A stretch of 64,000 nt of DNA. Origin: a virus (lineage: Duplodnaviria; Caudoviricetes). The stretch lies in IMG/VR virus record IMGVR_UViG_3300042257_000094, positions 19,915-83,914 of that record. One strand, 5' to 3'. Below the pieces are notes generated by a model. It ran no database searches, had not been told where the DNA came from, and worked only from the letters and a program-made list of their open reading frames with translations. This document shows positions 28,337 through 37,513 of this stretch, piece after piece (position 1 is the first letter of the stretch; the number at the start of each line of letters is the position of its first letter). The translations under genes and the position numbers were made by a program.

Positions 28337-28963
28337 ATGTCTCATATTGGTGAAAAAGTAAAGAAAGCGTATCAAGATAATGGGACTGCTATTACCCCTA
28401 TTAAGGGTGCTTCTCTTACTGAATACCCAACCGAATATATACTTACAGAACTTAGTAACCAAGCAACAAAAGTATTTATTCAGGAGTATTACCTGAAAGC
28501 CTTTGTTCCTTATGATTCTGTTCTTAAAGATGGGGATTATCTTAGGACGAATTACAACAACGATACTTATCTTGTTATGAACCTTAATAATGAGGTTTTC
28601 AGAAATAAAGTAATCCAGCAACAGGGAACTCTTTATAAAAACAATACAACTGCTAGGATATATAGGTCGCAGAAAGTTCTAAACCCAAGTACCTACCTTG
28701 AAGAGTTGGTGTGGAATGATATTTATCAGATAGATATTCCGTGTACTGTCACTAATACTAGGTTTGGTTCTGAGGTTTCTGATTATAATAACATTGGTGA
28801 AGTTCTTCTTGATGCCCTCCTTGTTTATATTTCTAGACACTATGACATAAGAGAATTTGATAGAATTACTTTTGGTTCAGGTGAAACTTTGATGGTAGAT
28901 AACGTAGATAAGTATAATTTCGGATATGCTTATGAACTTAAAATGGCCGAGGATAATAGGTAA
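28337..28963 (+). CDS. putative head closure protein
   Basis: Position; beta-rich, with LKDGDYL and IREFDRI repeats. Confidence 0.5.
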   Translation: MSHIGEKVKKAYQDNGTAITPIKGASLTEYPTEYILTELSNQATKVFIQEYYLKAFVPYDSVLKDGDYLRTNYNNDTYLVMNLNNEVFRNKVIQQQGTLYKNNTTARIYRSQKVLNPSTYLEELVWNDIYQIDIPCTVTNTRFGSEVSDYNNIGEVLLDALLVYISRHYDIREFDRITFGSGETLMVDNVDKYNFGYAYELKMAEDNR

Positions 28964-28973
28964 CAGAATAGAA

Positions 28974-29366
28974 ATGAGTCTCACAATTTATGTAATTGAT
29001 CGTGGCGGGGATAAGGAAAAAACATTTAAGAGCATTGAAGGGCTTGGTGCAACAGTAATTGAAAAGCCTTCCAATGTTTCTGTATCTGGATTGAATAATT
29101 GTGATACTGATTGGTACATGATTATTTTTACCGACGAGCACCTTCAGGATATTCTTGTTAAAGCTATTCCTGAGTTTATGCAGTCTGGATACGATTATTT
29201 TAGATTTTATCGTATTATGGATAATGGTGAGAAGTCCAGATATTTTGTTAACCCCCGCTTGTTCAGGAAAGAAGTAATTCTAAATCGACACGGTGAACCT
29301 AGTTCTGAATACATCGGAATTGATATTTTGGATGGTTACATAGAACACCATGACAATATCTATTAA
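28974..29366 (+). CDS. degenerate GT2 glycosyltransferase-like protein
   Basis: DTDWYMIIFTDEHL...PRLFRK...H.E...IEH resembles GT2 DWILxLDADE...RLFR...HE. Confidence 0.45.
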   Translation: MSLTIYVIDRGGDKEKTFKSIEGLGATVIEKPSNVSVSGLNNCDTDWYMIIFTDEHLQDILVKAIPEFMQSGYDYFRFYRIMDNGEKSRYFVNPRLFRKEVILNRHGEPSSEYIGIDILDGYIEHHDNIY

Positions 29367-29913
29367 GATAAATCCCTCTTTTTATAGAGAAGTCAGAGAC
29401 ATTGCAAATAGAACGCAACGTCTTAGAAAAGAAGCGGAGTCCAAAGTAGGGGCTAGGGGGGATATAATTCGCGCTCTTTCACACGGATATTTTACGATGG
29501 TACGCGATAATCTTCTATCTGGTAAATACCCTAAGAGTACAAAGTCATATAACAAAGACTATCTTAATTGGAAGATACGCAACTACGGACATGCAGAGCC
29601 ATGGTTTCTTGCCGGAGATTTATTTAGAAACATCCAGATATATGAAAAAGATGGTGGAAGGGCGGTAGGTATTCCAAAAGGGAAGAAAGTTGGGGGAAAG
29701 AGTTGGTTGTATGAAAAAGATGATCAATCTAAAGGATACAACGCCAAAGACATTTCCTATTATGCTTATTTGAATGAGTATGGTTCTCCAAGTGGAAAAA
29801 TACCCGCTAGACCTGTTTTCACACCAACTCTTGCTGATTTTGTTCGAACCGAAGTGGATGATATTTTGAAAAAATCTTCACAAAGAATGTTTAAGAGATG
29901 GGAAATTAGATAA
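29350..29913 (+). CDS. tail completion/neck protein (HK97 gp10-like)
   Basis: YAYLNEYG...IPARPVFTP. Confidence 0.7.
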   Translation: MTISIKINPSFYREVRDIANRTQRLRKEAESKVGARGDIIRALSHGYFTMVRDNLLSGKYPKSTKSYNKDYLNWKIRNYGHAEPWFLAGDLFRNIQIYEKDGGRAVGIPKGKKVGGKSWLYEKDDQSKGYNAKDISYYAYLNEYGSPSGKIPARPVFTPTLADFVRTEVDDILKKSSQRMFKRWEIR

Positions 29914-30108
29914 ATGCGTGTATTTGATATTAGACCTTTAGATGTAGAAATTACAACTATTTTTACTCTTTCCGAACTACAGCACTTGAAAATGATTCTC
30001 AATGGTGCTATAATTCGCAAGGATATGTACGAGGAAGAAACAGTTAGAGTATATGAAAATTTTTTAGAATTAATAGAAAGTCTTACTAAAGAAAGTGAAG
30101 AAAACTAA
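29914..30108 (+). CDS. hypothetical protein
   Basis: Coupled within the late operon. Confidence 0.5.
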   Translation: MRVFDIRPLDVEITTIFTLSELQHLKMILNGAIIRKDMYEEETVRVYENFLELIESLTKESEEN

Positions 30109-30581
30109 TGCCTTTACCAGATATAAGTAAAGAAATAAATTTTAAGTTATCTGTTCGTAAGTTTTTTTACGAAATAGCCAACTCTTTCTCTCCTTCCCTT
30201 CCCCTTCTATTCGACACGGGGCTTCAGGTTCCAGTAGATTCGGAGTCTGAAGCCCCAAAATGGCTAACTGTTGAATTTGGAACGTTTATCGCCGGGTCGG
30301 TGAATGAAGCTTTGGTGGATGTTTATTGTTGTGCGAGAAAAGATGTTGGCTCAGATGTAGTTACAGAACTTAGGGATATTGTTGTTGGGAATTTTACTGA
30401 TTCAACACAGTCCGATTCCACAAGACGTATTCCTATTTATGTAAATTTAAATACAAGTGAAGAAGAAATTATTGGATGGATGATTGCTGACATTGCGTAC
30501 CAAAGTCCGTATATGAAGGCAACTGATGGAACTAAGTATAAACTTGTAACGATCAATTTAAAGTGGGGCGGTCAATATTAG
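30108..30581 (+). CDS. putative tail terminator
   Basis: Immediately precedes the major tail protein. Confidence 0.55.
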   Translation: MPLPDISKEINFKLSVRKFFYEIANSFSPSLPLLFDTGLQVPVDSESEAPKWLTVEFGTFIAGSVNEALVDVYCCARKDVGSDVVTELRDIVVGNFTDSTQSDSTRRIPIYVNLNTSEEEIIGWMIADIAYQSPYMKATDGTKYKLVTINLKWGGQY

Positions 30582-30605
30582 GCCGCACTAAATAAGGAGG
30601 CTTTT

Positions 30606-31502
30606 ATGCCCGGACCAAGAACCCAAAATCCACAGTCTCTTGCTATCGGCTTGATGGAGGTTAGGGTCGGACCTAGTGCTGCCAATATTAGCACTACTAC
30701 TCCTGTACTGACCACCTCTCAGTCTCTTGGTGCGCTTTCTAGTGCATCTTATACTTTTAACCGCGAATATTATGAACACTGGTCCGATTTCCCGATGATT
30801 AAGGACTATGTTATCCCTACTCAGGAAACCCAACAGATTACCTGTGAGTTTGAAGAGATGACTCCGCGGAATCTAGCTATCCTTCAGGGTATTGATCCCT
30901 CTTCCGCAGGTTCTTCTTGGACAGGTGAGGGTTACACCGTAGTATCTTCCGATTCCGGTACTTATAACACTTCTGACGAAATCGATGGTGGCGCAGATGC
31001 AGAAGCAGATACCTATCGTGTTATTTTCCTCACTGCGACTACTTATTCTGTTTATTCCGATAAACGCGGTAAATTGACAGGTGACCAGATGGGTGAAGGT
31101 GATACTACCGCAACTTCTGTGTTTACTGATGGCACTACCGAACTTCTAAGCATCCCCTCTGGTTTCTTTACTGGAACGTGGGCTGCTGATGATGTGTTCA
31201 CCTTCTACATGGCTAAAAAAGGCTACGACTCGGTTTCCTCTGGTGAAATTAAGATTGGTGACCTCAAAGCTCCTGATTATCTGCGTGTTGAAGGATATTA
31301 TGTATTCCCCAACGCTACGAATACGATGACAGTAATCTTCCCTCGCGCTCAGGCCCGTACTGATAACGGTGAAATTGCCTTTGCTGCGGACACTAATGCT
31401 GCGGTCAGTATTACTTTCGAAGCAACTCCCGCCGATTCCACTATGTCCGGCGGTAACGCGGCGTGGGATTCTATGCCTCTTGGTCGAGTTGTGTTTGCGT
31501 AA
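30606..31502 (+). CDS. major tail (tube) protein
   Basis: Strong RBS, high-expression codons, terminator after; precedes the chaperones and TMP. Confidence 0.8.
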   Translation: MPGPRTQNPQSLAIGLMEVRVGPSAANISTTTPVLTTSQSLGALSSASYTFNREYYEHWSDFPMIKDYVIPTQETQQITCEFEEMTPRNLAILQGIDPSSAGSSWTGEGYTVVSSDSGTYNTSDEIDGGADAEADTYRVIFLTATTYSVYSDKRGKLTGDQMGEGDTTATSVFTDGTTELLSIPSGFFTGTWAADDVFTFYMAKKGYDSVSSGEIKIGDLKAPDYLRVEGYYVFPNATNTMTVIFPRAQARTDNGEIAFAADTNAAVSITFEATPADSTMSGGNAAWDSMPLGRVVFA

Positions 31503-31568
31503 TAATAAAACTATATATAAAGGAGGGGGAGGCAACTCCCCTCCTATTTAAAAGGAGAAATTAAACTA

Positions 31569-31943
31569 ATGTCTGAACTGATTGTCGAAACTAGGAAAGT
31601 TAAAGTAGGGATTAAGAAGGTAGAAGAGTTTGAAATTTATCCTCTTTCTTTTGGGCAGCAACGAAAGTTTGCCACAAAGATTGGGGAAATGATTTCTGAG
31701 TTTGCGGAAAAATCCGAAGACGCAGAAATATCCACTGTAGATATGGTAAATATGATCATGCAACTAATTGAAGATAATATTGTTGAGATTGTCAAAATGG
31801 TTGCTGATTATGAAATTGACCTTGATAACATCACTAACGACCAAGTAGTGGATATTGCCAACCATATTTATGAGATGAATTATAGTGGTGCGCTAAAAAA
31901 CATGATGAGCCTCAAGAAAAAGGTCGTAAGTCTCTGGACATAG
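31569..31943 (+). CDS. tail assembly chaperone (gpG-like)
   Basis: Between tail tube and TMP; slippery A_AAA_AAC at 31895-31901. Confidence 0.8.
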   Translation: MSELIVETRKVKVGIKKVEEFEIYPLSFGQQRKFATKIGEMISEFAEKSEDAEISTVDMVNMIMQLIEDNIVEIVKMVADYEIDLDNITNDQVVDIANHIYEMNYSGALKNMMSLKKKVVSLWT

Positions 31944-32266
31944 ATGAAGTCCTGACTGCAATTCTTGAGGCATACCCACAGATAACAATAAACAATCTGG
32001 TGCACGATCCTTGTTATAAAAGCGGGTTGACATTAAAACAGATAAACACGTTATTTGAGAAGTTTGTAATAAGAGAGCATAATAAATATAGAATTTTAGG
32101 AAGTTTCCACGGCGTTAAAGTTCCATCTATCAGGGAAATGGAAAAACCTGAAGATAGATATAAGGACATGACTGAAGAAGAAAAACAGTTGGAAACGGAA
32201 CGGCAGATGAAACAGTTTGCGAAGGCGTTCGGCGGAAGTTCTTTAGAAGAAATGAAACCAACTTAA
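31895..32266 (+). CDS. -1 frameshift extension (gpGT-like)
   Basis: The -1 frame is open from the heptamer through ORF 32000-32266. Confidence 0.75.
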   Translation, partial: KKHDEPQEKGRKSLDIDEVLTAILEAYPQITINNLVHDPCYKSGLTLKQINTLFEKFVIREHNKYRILGSFHGVKVPSIREMEKPEDRYKDMTEEEKQLETERQMKQFAKAFGGSSLEEMKPT

Positions 32267-32377
32267 ACGTATCGAACACCCTTTACGGAGATACGACCTT
32301 TATATAAATAAAAGATAAAAGATACCAATTTCATATTTACGGGATTGGTATCTTTTATTATTAGAGCGAGATTTAAC

Positions 32378-35300
32378 ATGAGTCAATATAAGAATGAATT
32401 ATTTGTGAAGTTTGGCGGGAAAGTCGATGGTTCTTTCAAAAAGGCCGTCAATGAGGTTTCCGCTTCTTTGCGTGGCATTGCCGGAAAAGGCGGTGGAGGC
32501 GGAACATCTCCCGAAGCCGCTTTAGGCGGTATTAGCAAGCAAGCTAAATCTGCCGGAAGAAATATGGGTTTCCTTAGCGGTGCTACTAAATCTGTTGCAG
32601 GGGCTTTTTCTACTATTGCTAGGTTTTCTGTTGCGGGAGGTGTTTTTGCGGGAATCACCGGTGGAATTGTTGGTGCATTTAATTCTATTGTTGAATTTGA
32701 CCAATCTCTAAAAAATCTCCAGGCAATCACTCAGGCGTCTAATCAAGAAGTTGATGCTTTTGGCAGAAAAATGGTTGAGGTATCTAACATGACCAAGTTT
32801 TCTGCTAACGAAGTGGCTGCTGCAATGGTATATCTTGGTCAGGCGGGTTTTACAGCAACTGAAACTCTTGAGACGATTGATGCGGTTGCTTCTGTTGCCA
32901 CAGGTACTCTTACAGATTTTGCATTAACTGCTGATTTATTTACCTCTGCTATTCGTGCTTTTCAGTTAGATACATCCGAATCCGCTAGAGTGGCAGATAT
33001 TTTTGCATCCGCAGTTAACCGTTCTAAGTTAACTATTCAGGGTATGCGTACTATTTTCAACTATGTGGGTGCGTCTGCCAGTCAAGCGGGGGTTGCTCTA
33101 GATGAGGCCGCTGCGGCGGCTGGGTTGCTTGCCAATAACGGTATGCGTTTTAGTACAGTTGGCACATCTATGCGTAACGTGCTTTCTAGAATGATTGCAC
33201 CTTCCAATAAGATGCGAACCGAATTAGCATACATCGGATTATCTGCGGACGATGTGAACCCTAGGATTGTAGGTTTCCAGAAAGCGATGCAGAATTTATC
33301 CAAAATTATTGTAGATCAGAAGACGGGTTTAGCAGATGCCGGGAAAGCATATAAACTATTCGGGTTACGTGGACAGCAAGCAGCGAACGTATTTGTGCGT
33401 ACGTTTACTTCTGGACAGTATGAACAAATGCTTGAGAATATTAATAATGTTGGTGCAGCTTTTAGGATGCAACTTAAACAGCAGGAAGGGTTAGGTGTAA
33501 GTTTAAAAAACCTTTGGGACAGAATTAAGAACGTTGGTGTTGCGTTGGGCGATTTGGGATTAACAGCAGTTATTCGTGGTACGATTGACGTATTATCTGA
33601 CGCTGTAAAAAAAGTTCAAACGTTTATTAGGTCTATAATTAAGTTAGTTGATTGGATAGATATTGCTAAGGGGAATGTTGAAACTCAAACACAGGCTATA
33701 GCGGAGAATGGGGAGGAACTTCGTAACTTAGCAGTTGGATTAGAAAAGTATATTAAGGCGTATAAAAATCTACAGCAGGAGGGAGTAGATACGTGGGAGG
33801 CTCAAAAAGAGATTCAGCATTTGAATGAGAATTTGAGTGATTCGTTTGAGGATGCCGCCGACGTTGTAGAAAAGTATGGAAATAATTTATCGGAATTGAT
33901 TCCTAGGTTAATTCAACTAAAAAATGAGTCAGAAGTTAAAGCAACTCGCACTTTTGTAGAGGGGTTATCTCAAAATAGAGAAGATATTATAAAAACTAGG
34001 AAAGAATTGTCGGGATTAGCTTCGGATATAAAAAGTTTAAAATATAGCATCCAACATGAACAAAATCCCCGGCTTTTGGGGTATATGCAACATGAGTTAG
34101 AACTGCTGGAAAAGCGTGTTCCTGTTGTAGAAAAAAGATTAAAAGATTTATTGTTACAGAAAGATATTTTTATTTCTGAAATTGCACGTGCGGGGGAGGG
34201 CGTGGTAGATCGTCGCCTCTCTAAGTTTTCTGAGGATGTTGATCGGGAGGTGTTAACTCCGTGGGAAACTACGCTAAGTCAGTTAGGGGAGGCGTGGCAG
34301 TCCGCATTTGATTCTTTGTGGAAAAAAGGAAATATTACCCAATTGGAAAAGTTTTTTGACGCCGCCAAGCAGGCCATAGTGTCTGCGGAATCCGCTCGTG
34401 AAACTATTGCTAGTATGGGGGGCGGACCTACTGAGATGGATAGGGCGGCTCTTGCTAAAACAAAAGAGGAGTTAGATTCTTTTTGGGAAAGTATATACGA
34501 GGATCAGAGACGGTCGGCAGAAAAATCTTTTCAAAGGATCGCCGCCGCGTATGATGCAACATTAAAGGCACAACTCTCCCAAGTAGAAAAAATAGAATCT
34601 GAAAAAGAGCATCTTATGCGGCGAGGGGGGGCGACTGAATTAAATATACTTCGTTCTAAGCGTCAATATTTAGATAAAGAATATTTAATATACGTAGAAT
34701 ATTATGATCAAATTATTCAATTAGCGGAAGAAACTGCTCAAGCACGGGGGGATGCTGAGAATGCGGTCGTGGAAAAGTATTTAGCAGAACGAGAAAAAAA
34801 AGAATCTGAGTATAATATACAAATTCTTAATTTAGAGAACGATATTTTTAAGGAGAGGATGCGTAATCCTGAAAATTTTGCGGATGCGTGGGAAAGTGCG
34901 ATGCGGAAGTTAGAAAGTTCCACGGAAAGTTCTTTTTCCAAAGTTAGGGATTGGATAGTGGACGCTGTGGAAGAGTTCGCTGATTCTTCGGCAGATGCTT
35001 TTCTTGATTTTGTAGAAGGTACTAAGTCTGCCGCCGATGCTTTTAGTGATATGGCGTATTCCATTCTTAGAGATTTAACTAAGATGATTATTAAGCAACA
35101 AATTATGAATGCGGTTATGTCTGGAATGAAAGCTATGGGCAATTCTGGAGGATTCCTTGGTACTGTCGGCTCGTTCTTCACAGAGTCTATGGGGATGAAC
35201 CATAGTGGGGGCATGGCCGGTAAAGCGTCTTCTATTAAAAAGCAGATAGACCCCTCTTCTTTTATAAACGCCCCTAAGTTTCATAATGGTGGAGAGGTTC

Positions 35301-35527
35301 CGGCTATTCTTGAAAGAGGCGAAGAAGTGAAAACCCGTGAACAGGCTGCACAGGATAGGGAGCCTAAGCAAACCAATGTTATTATTGAGAATAAGACAGG
35401 GAACCCAATTGGTTCAGCAAGAGCCACTACCCAAATAAATATGGGCGAGGAGGTAATTCGTATTGTTCTTGATGGCATTGATAGAAATAGAAGCGGACTC
35501 AGAAAGAAAATTGCTACCGTTAGATAA
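32378..35527 (+). CDS. tape measure protein (TP901-family core)
   Basis: TKFSANEVAAAMVYLGQAGF...GTSMRNVLSRM; C-terminal PKFHNGGEVPAILERGEEV. Confidence 0.92.
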   Translation: MSQYKNELFVKFGGKVDGSFKKAVNEVSASLRGIAGKGGGGGTSPEAALGGISKQAKSAGRNMGFLSGATKSVAGAFSTIARFSVAGGVFAGITGGIVGAFNSIVEFDQSLKNLQAITQASNQEVDAFGRKMVEVSNMTKFSANEVAAAMVYLGQAGFTATETLETIDAVASVATGTLTDFALTADLFTSAIRAFQLDTSESARVADIFASAVNRSKLTIQGMRTIFNYVGASASQAGVALDEAAAAAGLLANNGMRFSTVGTSMRNVLSRMIAPSNKMRTELAYIGLSADDVNPRIVGFQKAMQNLSKIIVDQKTGLADAGKAYKLFGLRGQQAANVFVRTFTSGQYEQMLENINNVGAAFRMQLKQQEGLGVSLKNLWDRIKNVGVALGDLGLTAVIRGTIDVLSDAVKKVQTFIRSIIKLVDWIDIAKGNVETQTQAIAENGEELRNLAVGLEKYIKAYKNLQQEGVDTWEAQKEIQHLNENLSDSFEDAADVVEKYGNNLSELIPRLIQLKNESEVKATRTFVEGLSQNREDIIKTRKELSGLASDIKSLKYSIQHEQNPRLLGYMQHELELLEKRVPVVEKRLKDLLLQKDIFISEIARAGEGVVDRRLSKFSEDVDREVLTPWETTLSQLGEAWQSAFDSLWKKGNITQLEKFFDAAKQAIVSAESARETIASMGGGPTEMDRAALAKTKEELDSFWESIYEDQRRSAEKSFQRIAAAYDATLKAQLSQVEKIESEKEHLMRRGGATELNILRSKRQYLDKEYLIYVEYYDQIIQLAEETAQARGDAENAVVEKYLAEREKKESEYNIQILNLENDIFKERMRNPENFADAWESAMRKLESSTESSFSKVRDWIVDAVEEFADSSADAFLDFVEGTKSAADAFSDMAYSILRDLTKMIIKQQIMNAVMSGMKAMGNSGGFLGTVGSFFTESMGMNHSGGMAGKASSIKKQIDPSSFINAPKFHNGGEVPAILERGEEVKTREQAAQDREPKQTNVIIENKTGNPIGSARATTQINMGEEVIRIVLDGIDRNRSGLRKKIATVR

Positions 35528-35539
35528 AAAGGAACATAT

Positions 35540-36091
35540 ATGTCATATAGACTTAAAGACGCAACAAACATAACGTTAGGTCCAGCAGAAGTATTAATTG
35601 CTGACAGTGCTACATATATTAACGACATATCACCTGTATTAACACAGGACAATTACTTTGCATACAGCGAGTCCACCAATATTGTATATACGACCACTTA
35701 TAATGAAAGAATGGCGGTTGATAGTAATAACCTAATGGAAGATATGGTATCAGACAGAGCTTCCTGTACAATGGAAATGAATACAGTTGAGTTAAGTAGG
35801 GATGTTTTACTTCTACTGTCAAGCATTATGCCGTCTGTATCAGATACAAGTATTGCATTAAATAAAGTTACAGATGTTGATTTCAGAGTTGAAATAAATT
35901 ATAATTATGTAGATAGACAAAAACAACTTCAGTTTGTTTTTCCTAAAGTTAGAATACGGAGCGGTTTAAATTTAGTATTAACAGGGGATGCAGAGGTCGC
36001 ACAATCATTATATATGTATTCCCTCCCGGTATATGCCTCTCCGTGGGAAAACCATAATTTAGGTATTATGTATATGAACGGATTTCAATAG
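35540..36091 (+). CDS. baseplate tube protein, paralog of the major tail protein
   Basis: LGPAEVLIADSATYINDISPVLT vs IGLMEVRVGPSAANISTTTPVLT; FRVE/LRVE and VFPK/IFPR. Confidence 0.7.
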   Translation: MSYRLKDATNITLGPAEVLIADSATYINDISPVLTQDNYFAYSESTNIVYTTTYNERMAVDSNNLMEDMVSDRASCTMEMNTVELSRDVLLLLSSIMPSVSDTSIALNKVTDVDFRVEINYNYVDRQKQLQFVFPKVRIRSGLNLVLTGDAEVAQSLYMYSLPVYASPWENHNLGIMYMNGFQ

Positions 36092-36106
36092 AGGATAAAA
36101 ATAGAG

Positions 36107-36442
36107 ATGAATACTTTTCCAACAAATATCCCTAAGCCTGTTTCTATAACAGAATCGTTTAATAAGAAACAACACAGAACCCCGTTTGAGGATGGTAGTG
36201 TCCAATCTAGGACCGCGCACACACGAGGCAGGGGTAAATGGGACTTGAGTTATGAAGTATTGAGTGTACCTGAGGTATATATTTTGAGAGATTTCTTTTA
36301 TGCGAATCAAGGGGCGTTGTTTTATTGGACACACCCCGTAACAGGCACCCGATATGAGGCAAGATTCTCTAAGGATGAGTTTACTGCTGATATCATGTCT
36401 CCTACAAACTGTTCATTAACCTTACAGATAGAAGAGTCTTAA
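36107..36442 (+). CDS. distal tail protein (lambda gpM-like)
   Basis: FEDGSVQ...FF....GALFYWTHP. Confidence 0.7.
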   Translation: MNTFPTNIPKPVSITESFNKKQHRTPFEDGSVQSRTAHTRGRGKWDLSYEVLSVPEVYILRDFFYANQGALFYWTHPVTGTRYEARFSKDEFTADIMSPTNCSLTLQIEES

Positions 36443-36444
36443 TA

Positions 36445-37080
36445 ATGGCAACTATTTTATCGTCTGAAGTTATTGCACAAAAGAATGCTCTCGGTTCGGA
36501 TGAGGCGTTTCTAGTATGTTTGGAAATAACCATTCCTGAAGTAACTGAACCTATTCGCCTCGTTTCCAATACAGAAAATATCAATTGGAGAGGGCATGAA
36601 TGGGTTGCCTTTGCTTTTATATTAGAAGAAATATCTGAGCAAACAGAAGGCGAAATTCCTAGTGTTGAATTACGCGTACCCAATGTGGATAGAATTATTG
36701 AAGGGTATATTCAAGAGTATGATAAGTATGTAAAGGAAAATGGTCCAGCAGATATTACGGTAGGAATATACGTAGTATCAACAGCGACTTTAGATAGTCC
36801 TGATTATGTAGCATACCACGAGTTCATTCTTATCCATCCAGTTTCGGATTCTAAATATGTTACGTTTACACTAGGTGCGCCAAATCCATATAGGCGTAGG
36901 TTCCCTTTGAACAGGATATTGAAAAATAGTTGTCGATTCAAATTCAAAGGGGAGCGTTGTGGTTATACAGGAACAGAAACATCATGTAATAAATCCTTAA
37001 CTAGATGCCGGGAACTTAATAATTCTACTCGTTATGGCGGGTTCCCCGGTGCTGGCAGAGGGGGGCTTTCCCTTGTCTAA
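36445..37080 (+). CDS. minor tail protein (lambda gpL-like, Fe-S Cys motif)
   Basis: CRFKFKGERCGY...CNKSLTRC...YGGFPG. Confidence 0.8.
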   Translation: MATILSSEVIAQKNALGSDEAFLVCLEITIPEVTEPIRLVSNTENINWRGHEWVAFAFILEEISEQTEGEIPSVELRVPNVDRIIEGYIQEYDKYVKENGPADITVGIYVVSTATLDSPDYVAYHEFILIHPVSDSKYVTFTLGAPNPYRRRFPLNRILKNSCRFKFKGERCGYTGTETSCNKSLTRCRELNNSTRYGGFPGAGRGGLSLV

Positions 37081-37513
37081 AAAATCTATCGCAAAAGTTG
37101 TAAGTGAAGCAATGAGAACCCCTTTCGTTAGTTTGGGCAGAGAAGTTGGAAAAGGGTTAGATTGTTGGGGGCTTGTACATCATATATCTAAAGAATCTTT
37201 TGATATGGATGTCCCGGATTTTAAGGTAGATGCACTTGATAAAAATAAAATATTTTTTCAGTTTCTACAGGCGATAGAAGAAGAATATTACGAAGTAGAT
37301 AGAAAAGATGTACAGCCGGGGGATGTGGTTGCTCTTAATATGGTAATATCTCAACCGGATTTAGTGCAACATTTCGGTATAATGATAGACGATAAAAAAT
37401 TTGTACATACCTTACAGAAATCTGGTCCACACTTAACCAAACTTACTGATATTGGGTATAAAAACAGAATACGTGGATTTTATAGATGGAAAGGAAAGAA
37501 TAGTGATGACTAA
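37073..37513 (+). CDS. NlpC/P60 tail protein (gpK-like)
   Basis: GLDCWGLV...QPGDVV...HFGI...FVH; start uncertain. Confidence 0.8.
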   Translation: MSKKSIAKVVSEAMRTPFVSLGREVGKGLDCWGLVHHISKESFDMDVPDFKVDALDKNKIFFQFLQAIEEEYYEVDRKDVQPGDVVALNMVISQPDLVQHFGIMIDDKKFVHTLQKSGPHLTKLTDIGYKNRIRGFYRWKGKNSDD

